Positions 26,398 to 35,247 are shown, counted from the stretch's first letter. The stretch: DNA of 38,579 nucleotides from a virus (IMGVR_UViG_3300025840_000087:1-38579), one strand, 5' to 3'. Notes: generated by a model not told the origin, from the letters alone. Translations and numbers: made by a program.

Positions 26398-26788
26398 TCA
26401 GACATTAAATCAAATAACCATTGCAGAATCAGTAGGCAAGACTGTAAGTCTAACAGACGGTATATTTTTTAAGATATACACTGATGGCACCTATAGCCAT
26501 ATTCGACATGTGATTGAGGATGACAATTACATAGATGAACCGCTCTCTTACGCAGACCATGTGGAACTCAACAGGGATTTATTAGGCGAGAGACCCTTAT
26601 CTCCAGAAGTGTCTCTGTTGATAAAGCATAATTTTATAGACAAAGATCAATTCATAAAAGATTGTGAACAGGCTAACACTACCGCCAATGAATCTGCTAG
26701 AAACAAGGAAATAAACAAGCTTGTGAATAAGCTAAAGGCTTTGTCGCCTTTTGTGAAAATATCATTCCCTTTCGATGTAGAATTTTAA
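26390..26788 (+). CDS. hypothetical protein
   Basis: 132-aa ORF overlapping previous stop. Confidence 0.65.
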   Translation: MYSQTLNQITIAESVGKTVSLTDGIFFKIYTDGTYSHIRHVIEDDNYIDEPLSYADHVELNRDLLGERPLSPEVSLLIKHNFIDKDQFIKDCEQANTTANESARNKEINKLVNKLKALSPFVKISFPFDVEF

Positions 26789-26807
26789 TAATAAAACTAT
26801 ACACACG

Positions 26808-27095
26808 ATGCTTAAACAAAGATACGTCATCATCCAAATCGCGGAGGATTTGTCAGGAATTCCCATGTTTGATCCTGCTGCCGAAAATGTACAAGAAGTC
26901 AAAGGCGACAATGACATATCCGTGGGATATGTTCAAGCCATGGTGAATCCCGCTGAGGTTTTGAGGGGCACCTGGGCACAGGAAACCGTTCTGGACACCA
27001 CAGATGAGGTGAGAGAACATCTGTCCGGCAAGGAACATCCCGAAAGATTCATTGCGTTACCCATTCTGGTATATGACCCAGTGGTGACGGCCTAA
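26808..27095 (+). CDS. hypothetical protein
   Basis: 95-aa ORF with A-rich leader. Confidence 0.65.
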   Translation: MLKQRYVIIQIAEDLSGIPMFDPAAENVQEVKGDNDISVGYVQAMVNPAEVLRGTWAQETVLDTTDEVREHLSGKEHPERFIALPILVYDPVVTA

Positions 27096-27116
27096 AACCT
27101 TCCAACACTAAATAAC

Positions 27117-27431
27117 ATGAATGCTCTTGTTTTTGTCATGAAAGATAACGTTCCTGTTAACGTTCACCATCTATTCAAATTTGGCGATACGCCATTTGGT
27201 ATTGAATGGTGGAAGACTCAGAAAGGTATGTGGAACATGGTGCTAACCACCATGGATATGCCAAAAGTCCACAGCGATTCTCTTGGGAACTTTCTCTCTG
27301 ATTGTTTCCCTGAGGAACCAACGATCAGAAGATCATACTTTGATAGGAACATTTTTATGCGGGGGATCAATGGTCTCTCACCTCAGCAGTTGACACTGGA
27401 AGACCTAAAGGATGCATCGGAGGTTATCTGA
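27117..27431 (+). CDS. hypothetical protein
   Basis: 104-aa ORF with A-rich leader. Confidence 0.65.
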   Translation: MNALVFVMKDNVPVNVHHLFKFGDTPFGIEWWKTQKGMWNMVLTTMDMPKVHSDSLGNFLSDCFPEEPTIRRSYFDRNIFMRGINGLSPQQLTLEDLKDASEVI

Positions 27432-27560
27432 TGTATACCCGAGGCCATAGAAGGTATCTTCCTTGCACTCGGACATCTTCCGAGGTCTTAACACAGCCGA
27501 GAACTAGAAAATAAAAGGAAAAACAAGAAAGACGGGTTCTGCTAATACATAAAAGAAAAC

Positions 27561-28115
27561 ATGGGATTACCAAAATTTTCAGAGTTTATAAACGAATCCT
27601 CTCATCAAAATGTCCAGGATTTCATGAGTTCCAGCACATATATGGAATTTGATAATGCGGCTGATGGTGTTCTGTTGTATGTCACCAGAAAGCATGGCGA
27701 TGTGGGGAGCGATACTGCTTCTCATAAAGATATCGAGGAAGCAGAAAAACTGGCCGTTGGCATCAAATCAAGATTTGGATTAACAGCCTGGGTTAGCACG
27801 TGGGATGAATGGGTCCATCTTCATATAAGGGTTGAGAATCCCACCAGAAACGTGCTATACCAGTTCATGAAAGATAGAGATGGGAGGGGGTTTGTGGAAA
27901 CTAAGTCAACTCTGGAAGAAATAATGACAGAATTCTCCAGGTTCATGCCAAACGGGTTCGACTGGTCATCTACAATTGAAAAGGTGAAAAATGAAACCAG
28001 CTATACCACTGGTTACACATATTCAAAAACGTATGGAAAACATCTCTTGATTGGCAGAAATGACCCTAGGAACAATTCTGGGTATGATTTCTATCTGCGA
28101 AAGGTGGAAAAATGA
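27561..28115 (+). CDS. tagged (KFSEFINE) protein, putative virion internal protein
   Basis: MGLPKFSEFINESS. Confidence 0.75.
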   Translation: MGLPKFSEFINESSHQNVQDFMSSSTYMEFDNAADGVLLYVTRKHGDVGSDTASHKDIEEAEKLAVGIKSRFGLTAWVSTWDEWVHLHIRVENPTRNVLYQFMKDRDGRGFVETKSTLEEIMTEFSRFMPNGFDWSSTIEKVKNETSYTTGYTYSKTYGKHLLIGRNDPRNNSGYDFYLRKVEK

Positions 28116-28124
28116 TGAAACAAC

Positions 28125-28313
28125 ATGCCTAAACAAAAATCATACAAAGGACGAGTCGTTAAGATCAAAACTGGTAAAATAGGGTACGCGCTCTATTCTG
28201 ATCAACCTGTAAATGGAAAGGTTGTGGTTAGATTGGTAGAGAACGATGCTCTAACAGGTGAAAACCTTCTGTGTTCATCCGAGAATTTGACTCACATAGG
28301 CTTTATAGACTAG
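28125..28313 (+). CDS. small SH3/KOW-like hypothetical protein
   Basis: 62 aa, KGRVVKIKTGKIG..GKVVVRL. Confidence 0.55.
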   Translation: MPKQKSYKGRVVKIKTGKIGYALYSDQPVNGKVVVRLVENDALTGENLLCSSENLTHIGFID

Positions 28314-28330
28314 CGCGACCACCTCATAGA

Positions 28331-28361
28331 TTTGAAACACGTTTCATTGACGATACATAAA
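28331..28361 (+). promoter_or_regulatory. ECF-like promoter of the large ncRNA
   Basis: TTTGAAAC-N17-CATAAA. Confidence 0.7.
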
Positions 28362-28362
28362 G

Positions 28363-28773
28363 TGACCAAGAGAGGCCACCGACACTGTTCCCATCAGTTG
28401 ATAAGGTAGAGCAAAGAGGCTGTAAAGCCGTTGAAATTGGGGTGGGTTAAGAAGGTAATAACCTAGCTTTCACAGCAGGAGGTCTCAAGAGGTTCTTTTA
28501 AATGATGTACTCAACAGTGGCGCAGCTATCGGGACCATTCCCCTACATTTTGAGCAGCAAACCATTTGCCACTGCCTAAGTCCCTTGCCGAATATCCGAG
28601 GAGTGAGTGAGAAGTTTCAGTTTGATTAGGTAGAGCAAAGCAACGGCAAGGGCAATATCCTCCGTCCAGGTGAGTTTCTCCCTGGACTTCCGCACCATCA
28701 GGTGCATATACCATTGTTCGTGGGAATCGTCAACACTCTCTATTCAGGTGTTGCTCGGTTCCCACACTTTTTT
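28363..28773 (+). ncRNA. large structured ncRNA, ROOL-like
   Basis: ORF-free on +, promoter and terminator bounded; helices 28383-89/28513-19, 28582-90/28644-52, 28664-70/28681-87, 28692-96/28701-05, 28720-26/28759-65; repeated ttgat(a/t)aggtagagcaaag. ROOL label is from recalled resemblance only. Confidence 0.6.
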
Positions 28774-28784
28774 AAAAATTTGTG

Positions 28785-28952
28785 ATGAGCACTTACAATT
28801 CAAAAAGGACTTTCACCCACAAGGGCTATGGTAGGATTTATGTGATGGATGAGACTCACATACCCATGGTCAATCACATTATCTCAGAAATGTATCAAGA
28901 GGAATTTGAGAATTATATGCCAAAAGACCTCATTGCACCATTCTCCAAATAG
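28785..28952 (+). CDS. 55-aa hypothetical protein (below ORF-track cutoff)
   Basis: MSTYNSKRTFTHKGYGRIYVMDE..YMPKDLIAPFSK. Confidence 0.5.
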   Translation: MSTYNSKRTFTHKGYGRIYVMDETHIPMVNHIISEMYQEEFENYMPKDLIAPFSK

Positions 28953-28959
28953 AAATGTG

Positions 28960-29259
28960 ATGTCTGCCAGGGTTGTTCATTGTAAGCAGGAACCATTCGA
29001 TGTATATATAGGGAGACCTTCTAAATGGGGAAATCCATTCACCCACATACAAGATGGTAACACAAAGGCCAAGTACATTTGTTCCAGCAGGAAAGAGGCC
29101 ATAGAAAAATATAGGCAATGGATAACTAAAGGAGGAGGGCGTTATCTTCTGCAACACATAGGGGAATTGAGAGGAAAGACGCTGGGGTGCTGGTGTAAAC
29201 CTCAAACTTGCCATGGGGATGTTCTGGTAGAGCTGGCTAACGATTTTCATATTTTATGA
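28960..29259 (+). CDS. DUF4326-family protein
   Basis: VVHCKQEPFDVYIGRPSKWGNPF..ELRGKTLGCWCKPQTCHGDVL. Confidence 0.85.
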   Translation: MSARVVHCKQEPFDVYIGRPSKWGNPFTHIQDGNTKAKYICSSRKEAIEKYRQWITKGGGRYLLQHIGELRGKTLGCWCKPQTCHGDVLVELANDFHIL

Positions 29260-29525
29260 ATCCAAACAAGTTGATATGGCTTAGCGGTTCCGACATGGTT
29301 TATAAAAACTGCGTTCTATACTGCTATGTTCCCATTCAATTTAGTTTAACCCATCAGATAAGAATAGTGATAACAGATGATTCTGGAAGATTTACCGCAA
29401 TCATCACAATCAATCGGCTCCAGATAGGAATGGTAACCGAATCCAACAAAAGCATAGACCACCTCAAGGAACTTTGTCAACAATGGTGGTTTGATAAACT
29501 CAGATCAATAACAAAGAATAATTAG
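29256..29525 (+). CDS. hypothetical protein
   Basis: 89 aa, ATGA overlap. Confidence 0.6.
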   Translation: MNPNKLIWLSGSDMVYKNCVLYCYVPIQFSLTHQIRIVITDDSGRFTAIITINRLQIGMVTESNKSIDHLKELCQQWWFDKLRSITKNN

Positions 29526-29531
29526 AAACCC

Positions 29532-29726
29532 ATGTCATTTTCGCTCAGTAAAAAACGTAACCAATCGGGAACACATGTTATCAAACTCTATGATGGAGTT
29601 TATCTCGGAAAATCCCAGAGAGAAGTTCCCAAAGTTCTTGCCCTTACATTCACAGAGGAAACTGTCAAGCTCGTTCTTTCAAGCAAGCAGTACAAATACA
29701 ACAACGCAACCATAGAAAAATTATGA
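29532..29726 (+). CDS. hypothetical protein
   Basis: 64 aa in operon. Confidence 0.55.
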   Translation: MSFSLSKKRNQSGTHVIKLYDGVYLGKSQREVPKVLALTFTEETVKLVLSSKQYKYNNATIEKL

Positions 29727-30145
29727 GAACCATCATCACTTTCTTGCTCTCCATCTCATTCATCCTTAGTTTTTCCCAAAACATCGATCGAACCAAAAAT
29801 GTCATCTATTCTTCTGACACTGTGATAACAGTGAATTCTCAGAAGGAAATGAAAAGGGAACAGCTTTTGACCGATGAAACCCAAAAGGCATATGTCCTGG
29901 TTGAAGGTAAGGAATGGGTGGACTCTAAGCAGGAATATGAAGAGGTTTCTCTCACCATGATTCTATCTGCCCAATCCTACATGCTGGTCAACTCCAACGA
30001 TCATTATTCGTTTGTTACCAATCTGCAATCGGCAGTGGGTTTTAAAAATGGCTACTATAAGCTGTATATAAAAGAGACAGAAAGTAAAGTGATGTACGCC
30101 TATTCATTCAAGGTGGTAAAAAATAAGTTTGTCATGGACTTTTAG
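29723..30145 (+). CDS. secreted protein with signal peptide
   Basis: MRTIITFLLSISFILSFSQ. Confidence 0.7.
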   Translation: MRTIITFLLSISFILSFSQNIDRTKNVIYSSDTVITVNSQKEMKREQLLTDETQKAYVLVEGKEWVDSKQEYEEVSLTMILSAQSYMLVNSNDHYSFVTNLQSAVGFKNGYYKLYIKETESKVMYAYSFKVVKNKFVMDF

Positions 30146-30241
30146 TCCTAAGCATCCCGTTCTTTTTAGCGTCAAATTTCACCAATTTCGCAAGGTGGTA
30201 CAGAGTAACAGCCCGTACCACCTTCTTTGTATTTATGCATC

Positions 30242-30946
30242 ATGTCAAATTTCATAAGAAGAATCATAGCAGGCTTTAAGGCAGACCCGTCAGAACTGGA
30301 GGGTATGGTCATAAAAAGAGACCTCCAGAGGATTTTAGATGACCTACAAACCTCCATGTTGGTAGATACGGATGTGGCCATCAAGAGACTTGGTGTAGTG
30401 TTGGGTGAATCCCCAGCCATATCATTCACTGTGGCCGGATACCATGAAATCTTTCCCAGGATGAGAAGTGATATAGAACCTCACATTAACCAAAAGTTCA
30501 ACGACAGAACAGAGCCTCCATATAAACTGGAGGAATTGAGAAAGATAATTGTTAGGGAAGGTTTTGCTGAGTTATGGTGGAAGTTTCTATTTGTGTATTG
30601 GGTTGATGTGGTTTATTTCAACGGTTCCAGGTTGAAGCTGATGCAAAAAATAGCCAATGGACTCACTGGGAGAAAGGGTACATGGTTGCACGTTGACATG
30701 GACATCTTCTGGCTCCATTTTTTAGCATACAACGACCCCAGGCATGTTGGATATAGGAAGGTGAGGTATAGATCGCATATGGAAATGATAGCACCACACA
30801 CTGCTTTTAATGGAGCCATGGTTTTCCTGCAAGAAGATGGGGTGGTGTATTCTGGTAACGGTGGTAGGTGGACCCCCTATGAGATCGCAGAGGACATCAG
30901 ACAGTGGATGGTGGACGCACTAAATAAGAAAACATCACAATCATGA
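30242..30946 (+). CDS. hypothetical protein
   Basis: Long ORF, ATG 30242 (MSNFIRR) preferred; aaggtggtac/gtaccacctt hairpin at 30192..30224 upstream. Confidence 0.7.
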   Translation: MSNFIRRIIAGFKADPSELEGMVIKRDLQRILDDLQTSMLVDTDVAIKRLGVVLGESPAISFTVAGYHEIFPRMRSDIEPHINQKFNDRTEPPYKLEELRKIIVREGFAELWWKFLFVYWVDVVYFNGSRLKLMQKIANGLTGRKGTWLHVDMDIFWLHFLAYNDPRHVGYRKVRYRSHMEMIAPHTAFNGAMVFLQEDGVVYSGNGGRWTPYEIAEDIRQWMVDALNKKTSQS

Positions 30947-31167
30947 CCAAAAAAGAAAAGGTTCTATTAGTGACACAACTCCTGTCTGTGGCTCTATTGG
31001 GCATAATCACCATCATGTTCAACATGCTTAAGGCATTCCACAGGATAGGAATGGCATATTTTTCGTATTACGACAAATTTTCCTGGACACAGATAAACGC
31101 ACCATTTCTGGTGCTATTATTCTTTATCTTTGCATTTCATCAGATGAAACGAATGATTAGAAACTGA
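30943..31167 (+). CDS. small two-TM membrane protein
   Basis: Two hydrophobic stretches, ATGA overlap. Confidence 0.6.
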   Translation: MTKKEKVLLVTQLLSVALLGIITIMFNMLKAFHRIGMAYFSYYDKFSWTQINAPFLVLLFFIFAFHQMKRMIRN

Positions 31168-31222
31168 AACACTTCTGAGATAATAAAAAGTGTACGAGAA
31201 AATCAAATAAAACCAAACGACC

Positions 31223-31513
31223 ATGTACACTATTGACGCAAAAGGAAAAATCCTTGCTCATTTCAAGAAGATCAACACAGGACATCAGACCATGTTAGTG
31301 AGAACTGGCATTGATAAGGAACCATCAGAAGACCAAATCGTGGAGCAGGGTTGGGCATTAGCCAGCACTTCCAGGGCCACAGGGCTTGGTACAGTCAAAT
31401 GGTTGGAACCTGACATCAACGCTCCCATTGAGGACAACATCATCAGGTTGAGAGATGAACTCTACAATCTGGGTTACAGGGAAAATAAGAGAAATCGCTG
31501 GGTGAAGGCGTAA
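31223..31513 (+). CDS. hypothetical protein
   Basis: 96 aa; variant promoter TTAGAAAC-N17-AATAAA at 31157..31187. Confidence 0.65.
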   Translation: MYTIDAKGKILAHFKKINTGHQTMLVRTGIDKEPSEDQIVEQGWALASTSRATGLGTVKWLEPDINAPIEDNIIRLRDELYNLGYRENKRNRWVKA

Positions 31514-31531
31514 GAAGCATTAATTTGGATG

Positions 31532-31749
31532 GTGAGTTGTTCCGTGACCTAAGTCAATGGAACTCCAGGTTTCATTGACTCCTCTAATGAGAACGCCTCC
31601 GCCTGTTTTTGTTTAATGTCCGAATCGACTCCCGATCCAGACAATATGTTTAATCCTTGTTTAAGAATGTTCTTGGATGCATTCAAATCACGATCATGGT
31701 GTTCACCACAAGATGGACAAGCCCATTTTCTATCGGAATTGGAAAGCAT
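31532..31749 (-). mobile_element. tnpB: IS200/IS605-family remnant: tnpB 3' end and right end
   Basis: LSNSDRKWACPSCGEHHDRDLNASKNILKQGL (Zn ribbon + RuvC-III); downstream hairpin and terminal TCAC at 31535..31532. Confidence 0.8.
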
Positions 31750-31779
31750 AACCAAAGGGTATGAAGAAAAGATATCACT

Positions 31780-32205
31780 TTGGGTATCCTGAAAGGGTTG
31801 ACCATAAAGCCTTGCTTTAAGGTGAGGTCTGACTGGTTGGCCAAAGTGGCAGGAGCTGCCAAGTGGGCACATGCGCATAGAGACACAGAGCATGCGCCCT
31901 ATGTTCCTCTAACGTGGCTTGCGTTGGACGATTCTATAACACCTGAGAAAATCCATTCAGTGTATCAAGACGGAAATGTGGATATAGTGTTCAGGCTCAT
32001 AGAGCAACTTCTGGACCAGATTGGCCTTGATGAAATATGGAAGTTCATGTCCGAATCGTTGCTACCAAAAGACAAGCTACCAGCCGCAATTCCGGCAGAA
32101 ATCGATCTAATGCATGGGTTATGGGAAGACCTAAATATCCATGGTGATGGGGAAGATTTAAACGATTACAAAATATACGCCAAAAGAGTGAGAGACGATG
32201 GGTAA
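31780..32205 (+). CDS. hypothetical protein (start uncertain)
   Basis: 141-aa ORF; ATG 31761 is one base out of frame across an A-run. Confidence 0.55.
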   Translation: MGILKGLTIKPCFKVRSDWLAKVAGAAKWAHAHRDTEHAPYVPLTWLALDDSITPEKIHSVYQDGNVDIVFRLIEQLLDQIGLDEIWKFMSESLLPKDKLPAAIPAEIDLMHGLWEDLNIHGDGEDLNDYKIYAKRVRDDG

Positions 32206-32773
32206 AGCTTATGATGGAAAAGAGCCATGCCAGGGATGTGGTACTCCAGGCAGTGAGAAACGAAGGCGGGGTAAAAACCAGTTATGTCCAGACTGTAAGA
32301 ATATCATGGAAGCTGGTAAAAGAGTGCTTCATTTGGAATCTGTTGAGTACATCCGTATAAGACACCACATCAACACATATGACAGCAAATGGCTGAACGT
32401 GTTTTCGCATGCGATCCTGGAATTACTGCATGTTCCCAACGTTACCAATGACTGTTTCAACCCAAAAGGGTGGCATGTCCTAAAATCCACCTGGGGAGAT
32501 AATGTGAAAGATTATGATGTTCCCGCAAGGTTTTTCGAACCACTCCAGAAGCTTTTCCTTGAACTCGATGATACTTTGAAAGATTTACGTGCCAGAGAGG
32601 AAGAGATACCAAGGAAAGCCAGGGAAGAGGTCAATAAGGAATACGATCGCATATTCATGGAAGGTATAAAGAAGGGTAGGAATCTTTTGCTACAGCTCAA
32701 TAAAAATGAAGTTTCATTGAAGGATTTTGAAAGAAACTATGGCTATTATGAAAGAATCAGGGAATCAGACTAA
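32198..32773 (+). CDS. Zn-finger hypothetical protein
   Basis: CQGCG..CPDC N-terminus, coiled-coil C-terminus. Confidence 0.7.
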   Translation: MGKAYDGKEPCQGCGTPGSEKRRRGKNQLCPDCKNIMEAGKRVLHLESVEYIRIRHHINTYDSKWLNVFSHAILELLHVPNVTNDCFNPKGWHVLKSTWGDNVKDYDVPARFFEPLQKLFLELDDTLKDLRAREEEIPRKAREEVNKEYDRIFMEGIKKGRNLLLQLNKNEVSLKDFERNYGYYERIRESD

Positions 32774-33230
32774 CTACGAGAAACGCATGAAAATCTCCGT
32801 AAACCCAAAGATGGTTATGGGTGGTCCACATAAAGAATATGTGTTTTATTTGTTGCTCAATCATGAAACACTGGGCAAAGACACAGCGCTTTTCTTTGAT
32901 ACTGTCACCGAGGAATTACATTCGGTCCATTTCACCCAGGAAGATGGTGTAACGCCCCTCAAACTTTATGAAACCCCAGATGACACCGGATTTCATAGAG
33001 ATGGCAAACAGGTGATAATGAACACAGATTGGGAAAATGAGAGGATTTCGGAAATGCTTTCTGGTATAGGAACCGAGAGTTATGACGAGGTAGTGAAAGA
33101 TTTCAAAGCTTCTTTCAAGCCTGTGAAGAGCCGCATCGATCCTGAAAGGCAAGAAGCTGAGTTTTGGATAGAATTGCCTGAATTGACCAAGGAAACAACC
33201 TTTTGGATGTACTTCCAGGAGGTTCACTGA
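32727..33230 (+). CDS. DUF2341-like protein
   Basis: VHFTQEDGVTPL and AEFWIELPEL..TFWMYF resemble DUF2341; true start may be 32787. Confidence 0.5.
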   Translation: MKETMAIMKESGNQTNYEKRMKISVNPKMVMGGPHKEYVFYLLLNHETLGKDTALFFDTVTEELHSVHFTQEDGVTPLKLYETPDDTGFHRDGKQVIMNTDWENERISEMLSGIGTESYDEVVKDFKASFKPVKSRIDPERQEAEFWIELPELTKETTFWMYFQEVH

Positions 33231-33261
33231 TTTGGAACCTCATTCCATCGATAGATATAGA
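33231..33261 (+). promoter_or_regulatory. ECF-like promoter
   Basis: TTTGGAAC-N17-TATAGA. Confidence 0.65.
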
Positions 33262-33458
33262 AAGGTAGGAAATAAGTTCTTAGAAGTATAAAGGTAAACA
33301 AGTAAGTCATTGGAAACAATGGCCGAAGTTTAAATTGGTGAACCTTGGAGTTCTACACTCATTGAACTCAGCTGGTGGGGATTCACGACATCAAAAAGTC
33401 CCTTACCCCACCACATCCGGCTTCAATCCCCTTGGTCAATGACCTCGGGGAATTTTTT
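33262..33458 (+). ncRNA. ~200-nt structured RNA of unknown family
   Basis: Hairpins gtcattg-gaaa-caatggc, gagttc..gaactc, tggtgggg..ccccacca, tcccc..gggga + T6. Confidence 0.5.
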
Positions 33459-33471
33459 AAAGCTATCACTT

Positions 33472-33966
33472 ATGCGGTCATTAGATACCACAACCCAAGG
33501 CTGGCTTCATCTATTGGAAGCCATACTTCTTGCTCATAAAACACTTGCACCATTCTCAGATGGCACAGAAATTCAGGATAAACTCTCCAGCGTGACTTCT
33601 CCTGTTGCTTACAATACGTATAGACAACATCCAATTCCAGCCATGGTGGCTTGGTGCCATCTGTCATTAGATGAATCGGTGGATTATGAAACGTTTGCTC
33701 GTAGAAATCCAGATAATTCATACTGCAACACCTGTTTCAGATGTGTGAGGATGATCATGAGGGGTGACTTCATTGGTGCCTGGGCTTTTTATTCCAGAAA
33801 AATCAATGGCGTGGCTGCTCCCATGAGCAGATCAATTACGTTATCCAGCACATTTTTTAAGGCAATAGACTTCAGTTCTCCACTTGACCAAAGTGCGGAT
33901 GCCATTGCAAAATTCAAAACCCAATTAGAAATGATGAGGCATGGGCAAGGGATTTATAAGCGTTGA
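33472..33966 (+). CDS. hypothetical protein
   Basis: ORF 33439..33966; start placed at ATG 33472, after the terminator. Confidence 0.6.
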   Translation: MRSLDTTTQGWLHLLEAILLAHKTLAPFSDGTEIQDKLSSVTSPVAYNTYRQHPIPAMVAWCHLSLDESVDYETFARRNPDNSYCNTCFRCVRMIMRGDFIGAWAFYSRKINGVAAPMSRSITLSSTFFKAIDFSSPLDQSADAIAKFKTQLEMMRHGQGIYKR

Positions 33967-34060
33967 TTGATGATATAAAGATAGATATTTGCCTGTCGTC
34001 AGTGGGCCTCAGGGTTTGCTGGCGGCAATTTCTTTTACATAAATAGAAAAATCACACATC

Positions 34061-35110
34061 ATGTTAAAAACCTTCTCAGAATTCATAAACGAGTCTAGCA
34101 ATAGATTGTTGTTTCATTTCACCACTGGTGATAATCTTGCATCCATACTGGAATCAGATGAATTGGTGGCTTCCATGGTTGCTGGTACCCAGGCAGACCT
34201 TGTTAAAAATCAAGGTCGTCCTTATATGGTGTCATTCTCCACCTCTGGTTCTGGTGCAGTTGGATTTGGCAGATCAGTTTCCGCATATTCTGGAAAGGTC
34301 ACCATAGAGCTAGATGCCAATAGACTCAGAAACCTGGGCAAAATAGCGCAGGTGGATTATTGGGGGTCTCTGAGGAAAGGTGATGATCTTAGCATGGAAG
34401 ATAAGACGCGCTATGATGAACAAGAAGAAAGACTTCTTCTCAATGAGCCTCAAATTTCCAACATCTCCAGATATATCACAGCCATCTATTTCTATGTAGG
34501 CAAGATAGACGACAAATGGTTGAAAGATTTCAACAAATGCTGGGGCATTGCCTCCGGCAAGAACATCCCTTTCCATCCATTCGAGAATGAAGCCGCCTAT
34601 AATATGCGCAGAACCCAAAGGGAGGGTGTTGATGACAGCAAGTTCATGAACGATGTGTTCACGGAGTATAGAGCAAAGGAAAAACACGAATCTCCTGACT
34701 ATTACTCAACCAACATGGATAGATGGTTAGCACTCTGGGTGAAATGGGACGATTCCAGAATGAAAACTCTCATGGATTTCCTGGATAAATCGAAAGGTGT
34801 GGAAGCTTGGCTGGCCAGATATGCTGACAATCCTGATATCAACCATGCGTATGCCATGAACAGGTTCCAGAAGATGTTCTCGGAAGAGGGAAGGAGCTGG
34901 AAGGACATCCTTTATTTTCCGGATGGTATGCATGCTAGAGATAGAGCAACTTCCCTGGCCAACGATTTGCATAACTCTAAAATATACAGCCAATATCCCA
35001 CCACCAGAAAACTCATTGACTTGGTGGTGAAAGACCTCATGAAAAGATCAAATGGGGATATCAAAGACTATCTTGTGAAAACCATAAATCATTATTATGA
35101 AAAGACTTAA
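34061..35110 (+). CDS. tagged (KTFSEFINE) protein with putative ADP-ribosyltransferase fold
   Basis: MLKTFSEFINESS; LFHFT..SILES..VSFST..EQEER (H-S-ExE pattern); TAAATA 34040..34045. Confidence 0.6.
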   Translation: MLKTFSEFINESSNRLLFHFTTGDNLASILESDELVASMVAGTQADLVKNQGRPYMVSFSTSGSGAVGFGRSVSAYSGKVTIELDANRLRNLGKIAQVDYWGSLRKGDDLSMEDKTRYDEQEERLLLNEPQISNISRYITAIYFYVGKIDDKWLKDFNKCWGIASGKNIPFHPFENEAAYNMRRTQREGVDDSKFMNDVFTEYRAKEKHESPDYYSTNMDRWLALWVKWDDSRMKTLMDFLDKSKGVEAWLARYADNPDINHAYAMNRFQKMFSEEGRSWKDILYFPDGMHARDRATSLANDLHNSKIYSQYPTTRKLIDLVVKDLMKRSNGDIKDYLVKTINHYYEKT

Positions 35111-35247
35111 AAAATTCGGAACGACAGACCAAAACAAGGCCACTAATGAATCCGTCCAAGTGGCACCAAAAAATCAAGTGACAGCAGGTTTTCTTGCTTG
35201 GTTGCGGTCTTTGTAAACCGCTCGGGAACCTGATGGGCGACTAGTAA

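Noticed and set aside
31549-31893. 114-aa ORF as a functional TnpB
   Set aside because: Only the last ~65 aa are TnpB-like; RuvC-I/II are missing and the first part is antisense to the next gene.
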